From: Vulcanimicrobiota bacterium
GTDB lineage: Bacteria; Vulcanimicrobiota; Vulcanimicrobiia; Vulcanimicrobiales; Vulcanimicrobiaceae
Assembly: GCA_963714015.1 (NCBI GenBank)
Contig: OY970223.1
Coordinates: 1,600,001 to 1,664,000 of the forward strand
Reading direction: 5' to 3'
DNA: 64,000 nucleotides
Shown piece by piece: positions 1-11,082 of this stretch; the first letter of the stretch is position 1, and the number at the start of each line of letters is the position of its first letter. The position numbers and the translations under genes were made by a program. The notes beneath the pieces are model-generated. The model was not told the DNA's origin. It made no database searches and saw only the letters and a list, made by a program, of their open reading frames with translations.

Positions 1-1544
1 CGCGCGTCTTCACGAAGATCTGGATGGCGCTCTTTGGCATCTACCCGTGGGACGGCATCCCGACGATGCCGCCCGAGATCGTCCGGTTTCCGCCATGGAT
101 GCCGTTCAATCTGTACGACTTTTCGTGCTGGGCGCGTGGAACCGTCGGCCCGCTTTGCGTCGTGATTGCGCACCGCCCGGTTCGGGAGTTGGGCGTTGAC
201 GTTGCGGAGATCGTCAATCCGGGCACGCACGCGCAGATGCACGCGGTACCCGGATCGGGTTGGCTCTGGTGGGTCGATAAAGCGCTCAAAGCATACGAAA
301 GAATGCCGTTCAAGCCGGGACGCCGTGCCGCTTGCAAGCGGATGATCGAATGGGTCATCGAGCGGCAGGAAGCCGACGGCAGCTGGGGCGGGATTCAACC
401 GCCGTGGGTGTATTCGCTGATCGCGCTCGACATTGAAGGATACGGAGTGGATCACCCGGTGATGCGCAAAGGTCTGGCGGGCATGGAGCGGTTTGTTTGG
501 GAGGACCGGGACGGCTGGCGTTTTCAGGCGTGCATGTCGCCCGTGTGGGACACCGCATGGGTGATGCGTGCGCTCTATCAGGCGGGGCTCGGCGCAGAAC
601 ATCCTGCGCAACGCCGCGCGGTGCAGTGGATGCTCTCGGAACAGATCGACGCAAAAGCTCCGGGCGACTGGCGCGTGCGCTGCAAGGGCGTGGACTGCGG
701 CGGCTGGGCGTTTGAATTCGACAACGATGCATACCCCGACGTCGACGATACGGCCGTCATCGTCTGTGCACTGCTCGAAGCCGGTGATGCCGCAATGGTG
801 CGCCGGCCGATCGATCGCGCGGTCGAATGGACGCTGGCAATGCGCTCGAGCAACGACGCTTGGGGCGCGTTCGACAAAGACAATACAAGCGAGATCCTGT
901 ATCGCATGCCGTTCTCGGATTTCGGCGCGATGATCGATCCTCCCAGCGAAGACGTCACGGCGCACGTCGTCGAGATGCTGGCGATGCTGGGCCGCGAGCA
1001 GAGCGATTCGTACGTTGAGCGTGCGCTCGAGTATCTGCGCAAGACGCAAAAATCCGCGGGATCCTGGTTCGGGCGTTGGGGCGTGAACCATATTTACGGA
1101 ACGTGGTGCGTGGTTTCGGCGCTGGGGCAGCTGAACGCGGGCCATGACATGATCGCCCGAGCGGCGTCTTGGGTGATATCCAAGCAAAACGGCGACGGCG
1201 GCTGGGGAGAGACGTGCCACTCGTACGTCGACGAGTCGTTCGCCGGCGTGGGAACGAGCACGGCATCGCAGACCGCATGGGCGGTGATGACGCTGCAATG
1301 GGCGGGTATGGGCAACCATTCGGCCGCCCAACGGGGTCTGGAGTTTTTGCGCGAACAGCAGCGTGATGACGGAACGTGGGACGAGCGATACTTCACCGGA
1401 ACGGGCTTCCCGCGCGACTTTTATCTGAACTACCACATGTACCGGCATATTTTCCCGACGATGGCGCTGGCGATGGACCGGACCATGCAGCGGAACGATA
1501 TGACGGCGGCAACGACAATCGGAAGGCAGCAGGTAACCGCATAA
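1..1544 (+). CDS. shc: Squalene-hopene cyclase, 5'-truncated by the window edge
   Basis: Frame open from nt 3 (RVFTKIWMALFG); DVDDTA catalytic motif; QW repeats (QEADGSW, QNGDGGW, QRDDGTW); C-terminal FTGTGFP. Confidence 0.97.
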   Translation, partial: RVFTKIWMALFGIYPWDGIPTMPPEIVRFPPWMPFNLYDFSCWARGTVGPLCVVIAHRPVRELGVDVAEIVNPGTHAQMHAVPGSGWLWWVDKALKAYERMPFKPGRRAACKRMIEWVIERQEADGSWGGIQPPWVYSLIALDIEGYGVDHPVMRKGLAGMERFVWEDRDGWRFQACMSPVWDTAWVMRALYQAGLGAEHPAQRRAVQWMLSEQIDAKAPGDWRVRCKGVDCGGWAFEFDNDAYPDVDDTAVIVCALLEAGDAAMVRRPIDRAVEWTLAMRSSNDAWGAFDKDNTSEILYRMPFSDFGAMIDPPSEDVTAHVVEMLAMLGREQSDSYVERALEYLRKTQKSAGSWFGRWGVNHIYGTWCVVSALGQLNAGHDMIARAASWVISKQNGDGGWGETCHSYVDESFAGVGTSTASQTAWAVMTLQWAGMGNHSAAQRGLEFLREQQRDDGTWDERYFTGTGFPRDFYLNYHMYRHIFPTMALAMDRTMQRNDMTAATTIGRQQVTA

Positions 1545-2552
1545 ATGAGCACACCATTCGCACAGAAACTGGAGATTGCAAAGTACATCTTCGGCAAGAG
1601 ACTCAAAGGCGAAAAGAAATACGCGCTGGTGATGGAGCTCGAGCCCCTCTTTCAGTGTAATCTGGCATGCGCGGGATGCGGAAAGATTCAGCATCCGGCC
1701 GAGACGCTGCGTAAGCGCCTCTCCGTCGAGGATTGTTTGAGCGCCATCGAGGAATGCGGTGCGCCGGTGATCTCGATCGCCGGAGGCGAGCCGCTGGTCT
1801 ATGAAGAGCTTCCGCGGTTGATCGACGAGCTGATAAAGCGCCGGAAAGTGGTCATCGTCTGCACCAACGCTCTGCTGCTCGAGAAGAAGATCGAGAAGTT
1901 CAAACCGCACCCGCTGTTCACGTGGATGATCCATCTGGACGGATTGAAAGAGCGCCACGATCAAGTCGTGTGCCGCGACGGGACGTTCGACAAAGCCGTT
2001 GCCGCGATCAAGATCGCGAAGGCTAAAGGCTTCCGAGTTTCGACGAACACGACGTTCTTCGATCCGGACGACGCCAAAGCGATTCGTTCCGTGCTGGATT
2101 ATCTGAACGACGACTTGCAGGTAGACTCCATGCAAATTTCTCCGGGGTACGCGTACGAGAAAGCGCCGGATCAGGAGCATTTCCTCGGTGTGGAGCGTAC
2201 GCGCGCAATTTTCCGCGAAGCGTTTTCGGGCGGAAAGCGCAAAAAATGGCGGCTCAACCACAGTCCGCTGTTCTTGGATTTTCTCGAAGGCAAGCTCGAC
2301 ATGGAGTGCACGCCGTGGGGCATTCCGTCGTACTCGATCTTCGGCTGGCAGCGGCCGTGCTATCTGATGTCCGACGCGCCCTACGCCAAGACGTACAAGG
2401 AATTGATCGAGGAGACGGACTGGTCGCTGTACGGACGCGGCAAGAACGAGAAGTGCGCGAATTGCATGGCGCACTGCGGTTACGAACCCACGGCCGTCGC
2501 GATGACGACCGGTTCCGTCAAGGAGAGCATTCGCGCGGCGCTCGCGCACTAG
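1545..2552 (+). CDS. hpnH: Adenosyl-hopene transferase HpnH (radical SAM)
   Basis: LEPLFQCNLACAGCGKI (CxxxCxxC), GGEPL, C-terminal CANCMAHCGYEPTA; directly after shc. Confidence 0.95.
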   Translation: MSTPFAQKLEIAKYIFGKRLKGEKKYALVMELEPLFQCNLACAGCGKIQHPAETLRKRLSVEDCLSAIEECGAPVISIAGGEPLVYEELPRLIDELIKRRKVVIVCTNALLLEKKIEKFKPHPLFTWMIHLDGLKERHDQVVCRDGTFDKAVAAIKIAKAKGFRVSTNTTFFDPDDAKAIRSVLDYLNDDLQVDSMQISPGYAYEKAPDQEHFLGVERTRAIFREAFSGGKRKKWRLNHSPLFLDFLEGKLDMECTPWGIPSYSIFGWQRPCYLMSDAPYAKTYKELIEETDWSLYGRGKNEKCANCMAHCGYEPTAVAMTTGSVKESIRAALAH

Positions 2553-2564
2553 CTCATCCGGCGC

Positions 2565-3542
2565 ATGACCGGCGATCGGGTTTTTCTTACGGGAGCGAGC
2601 GGCTTTGTCGGTTCGCACGTAGCGCGGGAACTGCTTGCGGCGGGCTATCGCGTGCGCGCGCTCGTTCGGCCCGGTGGACCGGAGTTGCTTGCCGGCATTG
2701 AGCCGGTTCCGGGCGATTTGGAAAATCCCGGCGCATTCGCTCGCGCGCTGCAGGGCTGCCGTTTCGTCGTACATTGCGCCGCGCTGTATTCGTTTGCACC
2801 GCGCGACCGTGCGCGAATGCATGCGGTGAATGTGGCCGGCACTGCTGGGCTGTTGGAAGCGGCGCACGTTGCCGGAGTCGAGCGCGCGGTCGTAACATCG
2901 AGCTCGGCGGCGCTCGGAGCGGCGAACGGGCGCCCGCGCACGGAAGAAGATTGGGCGCACGATGCGCACGGCGTGGGTTACCACAGTTCCAAACTGCGGC
3001 AAGAACGCGCGGCGCTTGCGGCCCGAGTGCCCCTCGTACGGTTGTTGCCGACGGCACCCGTAGGACCCGCAGACCGCAAACCGACGCCGACGGGCCGCAT
3101 GATCTTGGATTTTGCTCGCGGCAAGATGGCGGTTCTGCCGCCGCGCGGGGGCTTGAATCTGGTTCCGGTCGAAGACGTTGCGCGCGCGCACGTGGTTGCA
3201 CTCGATCGCGGCGGCACGGGCGAGCGGTATATTTTGGGCGGCGAGAATCTTACGCTGGATCGAGTATGGCAGCTGCTTTCAGCAATCACCGGAAAGCCGA
3301 TGCCGAAGATGCGGATTCCCGCGCCGCTGTTGTATGCGCTCGCTTACGGCGACGAACTGCGCTGCCGCTTGATGCCGAATGCGCAGCCCGAGATTCCGCT
3401 CGAAGGCGTGCGCATGTCGCACGATCTGATGTTCGCGGATTCTTCCAAAGCAATGCGCGATCTTGGGTTTGCACCGGGGCCCGCCGAAGCAGCGCTCGAG
3501 CGCGCGGTGGGGTGGTATCGCGCGAACGGTTACGTGTCATAA
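2565..3542 (+). CDS. hpnA: Hopanoid-associated NAD-dependent epimerase/dehydratase
   Basis: TGASGFVG Rossmann motif, YHSSK (YxxxK), KPTPTGRMILDF; hopanoid operon context. Confidence 0.88.
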   Translation: MTGDRVFLTGASGFVGSHVARELLAAGYRVRALVRPGGPELLAGIEPVPGDLENPGAFARALQGCRFVVHCAALYSFAPRDRARMHAVNVAGTAGLLEAAHVAGVERAVVTSSSAALGAANGRPRTEEDWAHDAHGVGYHSSKLRQERAALAARVPLVRLLPTAPVGPADRKPTPTGRMILDFARGKMAVLPPRGGLNLVPVEDVARAHVVALDRGGTGERYILGGENLTLDRVWQLLSAITGKPMPKMRIPAPLLYALAYGDELRCRLMPNAQPEIPLEGVRMSHDLMFADSSKAMRDLGFAPGPAEAALERAVGWYRANGYVS

Positions 3543-4135
3543 TAACAATCGTGACCGCCACGCGGCTTGAGGCGGATGCAGTGCGCAAAGTGGTCTCGGG
3601 CGCGCGGGTGGTGCAAGCGGGAATCGCGCTGGCGAAGCAGCGCGCGTTTGAGGGCGCGGCGATCAGCTGCGGTGTGGCCGGCGGCCTGCGCGGGGGTATC
3701 GAAACCGGCACGGTGCTGATTCCCAAAACGGTGCGGCGCCTCGATGGATCGACGCTCGAATGCGATCCGGAGTTGCGCGAATCGCTGCTGCGCGCCGCGC
3801 GCGAGTTGAATTACGATCCGGACGAAGCGCCGCTCTTGACCAGCGCCGCACTGGTGCGAGGCAAGAATCGGCAGGAGTGGGCCGCCCGCGGCTACACCGG
3901 CGTGGACATGGAAACCGGTGCCATTTCCGCCCCCCGCATCGCGTGCGTTCGCGTCGTGCTCGACACGCCGCAGCACGAAATTTCACCCGCTTGGCAGACG
4001 CCCGCGACTGTCATTTTTCACCCGCGTGCGTGGCTCGATTTGCCGTTTCTAGCGCGCGAAGGCCCCCACTGCGCGGCTATTGCCGCGTCGATCGTCGCAG
4101 CTGCGCTTAAGGAACGTGTGCCGCAGGAGGCGTAG
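3539..4135 (+). CDS. hpnG: HpnG-like nucleoside phosphorylase/nucleosidase; start ATA 3539 or GTG 3551
   Basis: C-terminal part of ORF 2774..4135 with SCGVAGGL, VDMET and RVVLD motifs of the PNP/MTAN family; follows hpnA. Confidence 0.75.
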   Translation: MITIVTATRLEADAVRKVVSGARVVQAGIALAKQRAFEGAAISCGVAGGLRGGIETGTVLIPKTVRRLDGSTLECDPELRESLLRAARELNYDPDEAPLLTSAALVRGKNRQEWAARGYTGVDMETGAISAPRIACVRVVLDTPQHEISPAWQTPATVIFHPRAWLDLPFLAREGPHCAAIAASIVAAALKERVPQEA

Positions 4136-4152
4136 GCGCCGGCGCGGCAAAC

Positions 4153-4837
4153 GTGAGCGTGATGCGCGTACTAGCGGGTTTGTGTTTCGCATTTTTTACC
4201 TGTACGGCCGCCGGTTCGGCGGCAACGATGCAGCTCTATGATGCTGCTATCGTGCTTAGCGGTCCGTTGGTGTCCGGCGACGAGGGCACGCTGGCCGATA
4301 TGCTAAAGCAGAACCCGTCCGTGACGACGCTCGTGCTTTACGACTCGCCGGGCGGCGACGGCCTCGTCATGCAGCACATGTCTGCAATAATTCGAGGGAG
4401 GAAACTGGCAACGGCAGTAGCGGGTAATTGCGCGTCGGCATGCGCGATGGTGTTTCTTAGCGGCGTCGAGCGATAGTTTCAGCGACCTGGCTCCGCTTCA
4501 GGACACTTCCATTGGCTTTCACGGAAGTTATCGGCCGGACGGATCGCTTGCGGCCGAAGGCCGTCTGTCGATGATCGCCGGCATGATTGCCGATGAAACC
4601 GGCGGTAAAGCCGATCCCACGCTGGTAGCGCACTGGCTGCACTTCCCGACGCGCCGCAGCCTCGTGCGTTTCTCATATCCCGGCGCGGACGGAAAACCGC
4701 AACATCCGACGGTTTTTGAATGTTCGGGCGGACAACGCTACCCTACCGACTACAGTACGTGTACGCCGATTGCCGGCCATGACGCGCTGGACATGGGAAT
4801 CATCACCTCAACGCAGGTACTGCACGTCGACCGGTGA
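4153..4837 (+). CDS. Secreted ClpP/crotonase-like periplasmic protein, split by one extra base near 4476
   Basis: Signal peptide, DSPGG and CASAC motifs; removing G4476 joins ORF 4153..4476 to 4571..4837 via RYFSDLAPLQDTSIGFHG. Confidence 0.65.
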
Positions 4838-5073
4838 GAAGCGGTGCGCGGTACTACTCGCTATGGCGCGCGCAACAGTGGAGGTCGACGAGCGCGCCAC
4901 CGATGATTTCGCCGCTGCAGCCGCAGGGCCAATTCCACCGCCGCACGTATGCCGAGCGATTCGGTTCTATTTCGCCTTGCTCAAAGGTAGAGGTGGGAAC
5001 CCCTAAGCGGCGAGTGGCGGTCTCGGTGAGCACAACCATCGTGGGCGGTGGTGTACCCAGGAAGCGGGCGCTT

Positions 5074-6960
5074 CTACCGGTGGGCGACTTGTAATAGCGA
5101 GCCCACCATCTCTGCCGGGAGGGGAGCGTGGAAGTGCAGGCCCTGGCCGTAGGTACAGCCTAGAGCGAGCAAGCGTTGCGCCTGCACGGGCGTCTCGACG
5201 CCTTCGGCCGTGACGCGCAAGTCGCAGGCCGCGCCGAGTTGGACCAGCAGCTCGACGATCTGTTGGCTCTTGGGGTTCCCCAAATCCGAGATGAAGGTCT
5301 GATCGATTTTGAACGCGTCGATCGGCAGCGACTTGATGTAGCGCAGCGACGAGTACCCGGTGCCGAAGTCGTCGATGCAGAGTTCGACCCCCACCGCCTT
5401 GAGCTTCGCAAGGACTCCGGCGGCGCGTTGTTCGCTTTGGAGAATCGAGGTTTCGGTAATCTCGAGCGAGAGCTGGCTGGGCGTTATCTCGAATTCTTCA
5501 ATCAGCGCCGCCAAGAATTCGGGCAGATCGGTCTGCAGCACTTCTTGAACGGAGAGATTGACGTTGATCTTGAGATTCTGATCTCCGCTGATTTCGCGCC
5601 AGCGTCGCAGCTGATTGCAGGCGCTGGAGAGCACGAAACGCCCGACCGGAACCATTAGACCCATCTCTTCGGCGAGGGGCAAAAACGCGGCCGGATTCAG
5701 GTAGCCTTGTTCCGGATGATTCCAGCGCAGCAATGCCTCGAAGCCGCAGATCGATCCGCTCGCGAGTTCGACGATTGGCTGGTAGAGCACGACGAACTGC
5801 TGATCCTCGATCGCGGTGCGCAAGTGCATGCGCAGCGAAAGGCGGCGCAGCGCTTCTTCATGCATGCTCGCGACGAAATGCGCGCTGCGATTACGCCCTT
5901 CGGATTTAGCGTAGTACATGGCCGTGTCCGCGTCCCGCAGCACTTCGGCAATGGAAGTATACTGCTTGTCGACCGGGGCCACTCCGATGCTCGCCGTCAT
6001 GACGATCTCGCGCCCTGCGATGTGGTAAGGTTTGCGCAGCGTTCCGTGCACCACGTCGAGCACCGAGGCGATGCGTTCCTGCGTCGCGTCAGCGATCAGT
6101 ACGGCAAATTCGTCGCCTGCCATGCGCGCGACGGTAAAGCGTTCTTCGACGACCGTGCGCAGGCGCGCCGCCGCTTCTTTGAGCACTTCATCGCCCGCAA
6201 GGTGCCCGAGCGTGTCGTTGATCGACTTGAACTCGTCCAGATCCAGATAAAGCACCGCACGCAGCAGCGCCTCGCCGCGCTGAACCGCCTCTAATGCGCG
6301 CGCGAGTTCCAGGGAAAATACGGTCCGGTTGGGCAGGCCCGTAAGCGAATCGTGCGTCGCTTCGTATTGAAGGCGGCTTTGGGAGCGCGCATTGGCCAGC
6401 GCCATGCCCATCAAGTTCACGAAGACTTGCATGGCGCGCAGCGTTTGGGCGCTCGGAATCTCTCCCGTCGTCGGGCCGTCCGGCGACATGTATCCGATCA
6501 TCACGCCGTCGCGATCGTGCAGCGTCAGCACCAGCGCGTCGCGCTCGTGCCATTGGCTGGGATACTTCCGCTCGGGCGCGTTCGGCAGTTCGCCCGTATA
6601 AATGGAACGCTCCCAGTGCGCTTCACGCTCGGCCGGAAAGAAATAGCAATCCTCGAAGAAGCGGACCGCTTGTTCGAGCATCGAGTTGAACGCTTCTCGA
6701 TCGATGCGCTCGTACAGCCGCTGCTCGACGACCTCGTCCGGATATCCCAGCATGACGCGCCGGCGCAGTTCGCCGTTGGGTTCTTCGGCGGCGACCATGG
6801 TGACGTAACGCCAGCCGAACAGTTCGAGAACGCCGCGGCCCAGCGACGTCAATGCGGCATCCAAGGATGATGCGCCTAGAACGTCACGCGTAATTTCGAA
6901 AAGCTTTTCGAGTTCGGTAACCGAACCGGCTCCGCTCGAGAGCGCACCAATGGGATACAT
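5074..6960 (-). CDS. GAF-like sensor + GGDEF + EAL diguanylate cyclase/phosphodiesterase
   Basis: HDSLTGLPNR, AGDEF, EALLRW and DDFGTGYSS motifs. Confidence 0.93.
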   Translation of the reverse strand: MYPIGALSSGAGSVTELEKLFEITRDVLGASSLDAALTSLGRGVLELFGWRYVTMVAAEEPNGELRRRVMLGYPDEVVEQRLYERIDREAFNSMLEQAVRFFEDCYFFPAEREAHWERSIYTGELPNAPERKYPSQWHERDALVLTLHDRDGVMIGYMSPDGPTTGEIPSAQTLRAMQVFVNLMGMALANARSQSRLQYEATHDSLTGLPNRTVFSLELARALEAVQRGEALLRAVLYLDLDEFKSINDTLGHLAGDEVLKEAAARLRTVVEERFTVARMAGDEFAVLIADATQERIASVLDVVHGTLRKPYHIAGREIVMTASIGVAPVDKQYTSIAEVLRDADTAMYYAKSEGRNRSAHFVASMHEEALRRLSLRMHLRTAIEDQQFVVLYQPIVELASGSICGFEALLRWNHPEQGYLNPAAFLPLAEEMGLMVPVGRFVLSSACNQLRRWREISGDQNLKINVNLSVQEVLQTDLPEFLAALIEEFEITPSQLSLEITETSILQSEQRAAGVLAKLKAVGVELCIDDFGTGYSSLRYIKSLPIDAFKIDQTFISDLGNPKSQQIVELLVQLGAACDLRVTAEGVETPVQAQRLLALGCTYGQGLHFHAPLPAEMVGSLLQVAHR

Positions 6961-7038
6961 AAAGAGTCCAACCGCGCTAATTGACTGACGGCCATGCGGC
7001 TTTCCTGGCGCTTATGTCAAGAGTTTACTAAGAGGCGA

Positions 7039-7839
7039 CTACCCGAACAAGTGCCGGCCCGCAAGAGCCGCTGCGGCGACGACCAGCGCGACACCCATGA
7101 AGAGCATGAGGCGGTGGGATTTGACGCGCAGGGAAAGCCGAGCTCCGATCGGGCCGCCCAGCAGGCCGCCGGCGACGAGGGGAATGACGTAGTTCCAATC
7201 GATGTCGTTCTGAAGATAGTGCGTGATGAACCCCACCGGCGAGGTAAGAACGATGCCGAAATGGGACGTCGCGCTGATCGCATGCGCGGGCAGATCCGAA
7301 AAATACAAAAGCGAGGGAACCATCACGACGCCGCCTCCGACGCCGAATAAGCTGGAGATGACGCCGACGCAGAAACCCGTCGCCATTGCGCCGTACCACG
7401 GCATGCCGGTGGCGAGATGAATTGCGCCTTCGCTTTGCCTTCCGGCCAGACGCCCCTGGCTGTTGAGCACCATGTCGATCGCGACGATAACGAGAAAGCC
7501 CGCGAAGAGCCAGTCGAAGATGTTGGGCGGCAAACTCTTGACCGCGAGTGCGCCGAGCACGCCGCCGGGGAGCCCGCCCGCAGCAATGAGCAATCCAAGC
7601 CGCACGTGCACCTTGCGATGGATCAAATAGGTCGTTGCGCCGCTTCCGCTGTTGGCGATGACGAGCGCGAGTGAAGTTCCGGATGCGATTGCGGGATGCA
7701 GGCCGTAAAAGAGCCGCAAAATCGGGACGATGATAAATCCGCCGCCGAGTCCGACCATGGAGCCGAAAACCGCGGCCCCGAATCCGGCTACGAAGAGCCA
7801 GACGTAGTGCGAATACGCGTGAATGACAAGGAAGCTCAG
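7039..7839 (-). CDS. TauE/SafE (sulfite exporter) family membrane protein; start uncertain (CTG 7839 to ATG 7758)
   Basis: Two GxGGG repeats (GLGGGFIIVP, GVGGGVVMVP); the hydrophobic frame continues upstream of ATG 7758. Confidence 0.85.
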   Translation of the reverse strand: MSFLVIHAYSHYVWLFVAGFGAAVFGSMVGLGGGFIIVPILRLFYGLHPAIASGTSLALVIANSGSGATTYLIHRKVHVRLGLLIAAGGLPGGVLGALAVKSLPPNIFDWLFAGFLVIVAIDMVLNSQGRLAGRQSEGAIHLATGMPWYGAMATGFCVGVISSLFGVGGGVVMVPSLLYFSDLPAHAISATSHFGIVLTSPVGFITHYLQNDIDWNYVIPLVAGGLLGGPIGARLSLRVKSHRLMLFMGVALVVAAAALAGRHLFG

Positions 7840-8399
7840 GTGCCGACGCGGCCGATGTACCGGCGGTCGCGCGTGTCGATGCGAATGACGTCGCCGGGGT
7901 TGACGAAGAGCGGCACTTGAACGACCGCTCGGGTTTCGAGCGTAGCGGGCTTGGTCGTTCCCGTCGCCGTATCGCCTTTGAAACCAGGATCCGTCTCTTC
8001 GACTTTGAGTTCGACGTGCGCCGGAAGGTCGCAGCCGATCGGATTATTGTCGTGAAACTGCACGTCCACGATCATGCCGTCTTTGAGGAAGTCTGCAGGA
8101 CCGCCGATGACGTCGCGCTGCAGCGTAACGTTCTCGAACGTCTCCTGATCCATGAAATGGTAGCCGTCCGAGTCGTTGTACAGCATCTGCATCTGCCGGT
8201 TGTCTACCGTTGCCCGTTCGAGCTTTTCGCCGGCGCGAAACGTCTTTTCCACCGTCGCGCCCGTCTTGACGTTCTTCAAGCGCGTGCGCACGAACGCCGA
8301 GCCCTTCCCCGGTTTTACGTGCAAAAATTCTATGACCGTCCAGAGCTGGCCGTTCTCGAGAATGGTTACGCCGTTACGGAGGTCGTTCGAAGAGATCAT
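7836..8399 (-). CDS. efp: Elongation factor P
   Basis: MISSNDLRNG...HVKPGKGSAFVRT...PGFKGDTA...VPLFVN; 187 aa. Confidence 0.97.
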   Translation of the reverse strand: MISSNDLRNGVTILENGQLWTVIEFLHVKPGKGSAFVRTRLKNVKTGATVEKTFRAGEKLERATVDNRQMQMLYNDSDGYHFMDQETFENVTLQRDVIGGPADFLKDGMIVDVQFHDNNPIGCDLPAHVELKVEETDPGFKGDTATGTTKPATLETRAVVQVPLFVNPGDVIRIDTRDRRYIGRVGT

Positions 8400-8507
8400 G
8401 ACCAGGGCCAATACGCAGGGGGGCCGCAAAGGCCCTGTCCAAAGCAAGCTTCCCGGCACGCAGGGGCGCACTCGGTTGCTACGAAAGTCGCGGCACGGAG
8501 GCTCGCC

Positions 8508-11082
8508 ATGTTTACCACATACGTTAGCCGGCTCGTTTTGATAGCCGGGTTTTCGCTTTACACCGCTGCGGCCGCGCAAGCCGCATCGCCGCCTGCCGCG
8601 GCGCCGGAGCCCGCTCAATCCTCGCCGCCTGCATACGCGACGTGGGTCAAAGGCGCTGTAGTCATGCCCGGCCTGATCCCCATTGTGAAGAAAGACGCCA
8701 AAGTGTATTTGGCGCTCTCGAAGGATCAGCTGGGACGGGATTTCATCGAGACGTCGGTCCCTTCGACCGGTTTGGGCGGTTACGGTCCGGCACCGGGTGA
8801 ACCATACGTAGCGCCGGCGCGCATCCTGCATTTCGATCGCGTTGACGACCAAATTGTGCTCCGTTGGCCCAACACCTATGCGCGCGTGATGCCGAACAGC
8901 GCGCAGGCAACCAGCGTTTCGGAGTCGATGCCCGCGTCCGTCATTGCCGTCGTGCCGATCGTCGCCGAAGACGACAAAACCATAGTGATTCCGACGGCAC
9001 CGTTTCTTGGGGACGTCGGAAACTATAGCGCCGAGTTCGACAACGTCATCACCAACCCGATGCACGGCTACCGGCTCGACGCCGATCGCACGTTTCTCTC
9101 GCAGGTGAAGGCGTTTCCGGAGAATGACGTCCTGCGAGTCGCGCAGACTTGGACCTCCGAAAAGCCGAATCTGATCGACAGCGCTCCCGACGGACGCAGC
9201 CTCGAAGTCGACATTACCTACAACCTGATAGCGGCACCGAACGACGGCTACATGCCGCGCATTGCCGATCCGCGCGTCGGATATTTCGAGCAAGGTTTGC
9301 TCGATTACACGACGGACAGCATCGAAACGCGCAGCATTCAGTATGTCACGCGATGGAACTTTGCACCGCAAGATCCGTCACGCCCCTCGAACGCGACGCA
9401 CCCGATCGTCTACTTTTTGAGCAATACGATTCCGCAGCAATACCGTGACACTGTGCGGCGAGCGTTGCTCACGTGGAACGACGCTTACCGCAAGATCGGA
9501 ATTCTGAACGCCGTCCAAGTGCAAGATCAGCCCAGCGATCCCAATTGGGATCCCGAGGACATCCGCCACAACATGGTCCGGTGGGTATCGAACGTTCAGC
9601 CGCTCTATGGCGCGGAGGCGCTCATCGTCGACGACCCGCGCACGGGCGAGGAGCTCAATGCCGGGGTGAACGTCGACGCGACGGGCGGCGCTGCGTCGGG
9701 CTTCGTTTACCGGTTCTTCATCGCGCCCGCGCGCGGATTGCCGGACACGGCAGTTGCCGAAGAGGGTTTCAACCAAGAACTGGAGCGCGCGATCGTCCTG
9801 CACGAATCTGGTCACGACATGGGATTGCAGCACAACTTCATCGGCTCGCTGGCGTATACGGCAAAGCAGCTGCAAAGCAAATCGTTTACCGATCAATACG
9901 GCATCGCCAGTTCCGTGATGGAGTACTCGCCGCTTGCGAACCTCTGGCCGAAGGGAACGCCGAACGGCGACTACGAGCAGACGGTTCTGGGACCGTACGA
10001 CTACTACGCAATCCGTTACGGCTACGCGTATATTCCCGGTGCCAAAACCCCCGAGCAAGAGCTTTCCACGCTGCGCAAATGGGCCTCGGATTGGTCTAAT
10101 CCGATGCATCGCTTTGCATCGGACGAAGACGCGGGCGGGTTCTTTATGGGGCACTCTACGGATCCGCGCGTAGAGATGTTCGATCTCAGCAACGACCCGA
10201 TGGCATGGTGCGGCACGCAGCTCGAAGATGTGGCACGGCGTGATGGACTCGGTCAATGCGCGCTTCCCGTGGCGCGGCCGGTCTTACGACGAGGCGCGGC
10301 GCGCCTTCATGGGGCCGCTCTCGCAGTACTCGGTCTGCGCCGTTCGTCCGGCCGACACGATCGGCGGCGAGTATCTCTCGCGCAACGCGGCGGGCGATCC
10401 GAATTCCGAGGCGCCGATGTCGCCGGTTTCCTACAATGACGACCGCAAGGCGTGGCAACTCCTGAACGATTGGCTGTTCTCGGACAGCGCATGGCATTTC
10501 AATCCGGCCGTGCTCACGCGGCTTACCTATTCGGAGATGAGCTCGCTCACGAGCGGACAGTCCTGGTTCTACAATCCGCCCGATCGTCACGACGTTCCGG
10601 TCGTCGAGATCGCGGGTGAAGTGCAAGACCGAGCGCTGCACGAGCTGTTCGCACCGCTGACGCTTCAGCGGATCGACGATCTGCAGACGAAATACCCCGG
10701 AAAAGCTACGATGGACATTACCGATCTGTTCCACTGGGCACAATCCGGGATCTTCGGCGATTTGGCAAACGGCAAGGAAGCTCGCGACGGCGTCGTTCGG
10801 CGTAACTTGCAGATGCGCTTTACCAAACAGCTGGGGTTGATGTGGACTTCGCCGGCGCCCGGAACGCCGAGCGACGCTCAGGCCTTGGCACGTCTAACGC
10901 TGGGGCGCATCGTCAGTGCGTCCAATGCCGAGCTGCGTTCGGGCAAACTCGACGACCTTACGCGGGCGCACGTCGAAGCGCTGGCAGCGGTCGCAAAACA
11001 AGCCATGGAAGCGCACGCGACGATTGCCGCGCCGCTTGCGCCGCAAGGCGCAGCATTGCCGCCGCTGCGTTACCCCTACTAA
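8508..11082 (+). CDS. Secreted zinc-dependent metalloprotease (EcxA/DUF4953-type), split by one extra base near 10224
   Basis: GGAGG SD, signal peptide, PRIADPRVGYF, HESGHDMGLQHNF (HExxHxxGxxH), SSVMEY Met-turn; removing G10224 fuses it to ORF 10228..11082. Confidence 0.85.

Noticed and set aside
1..4135. Hopanoid cluster as a novel pathway
   Set aside because: shc, hpnH, hpnA and hpnG are a well-described set.
7836..9371. 511-aa ORF suggesting an N-terminally extended EF-P
   Set aside because: The extension is antisense to the metalloprotease; EF-P homology starts at ATG 8399.
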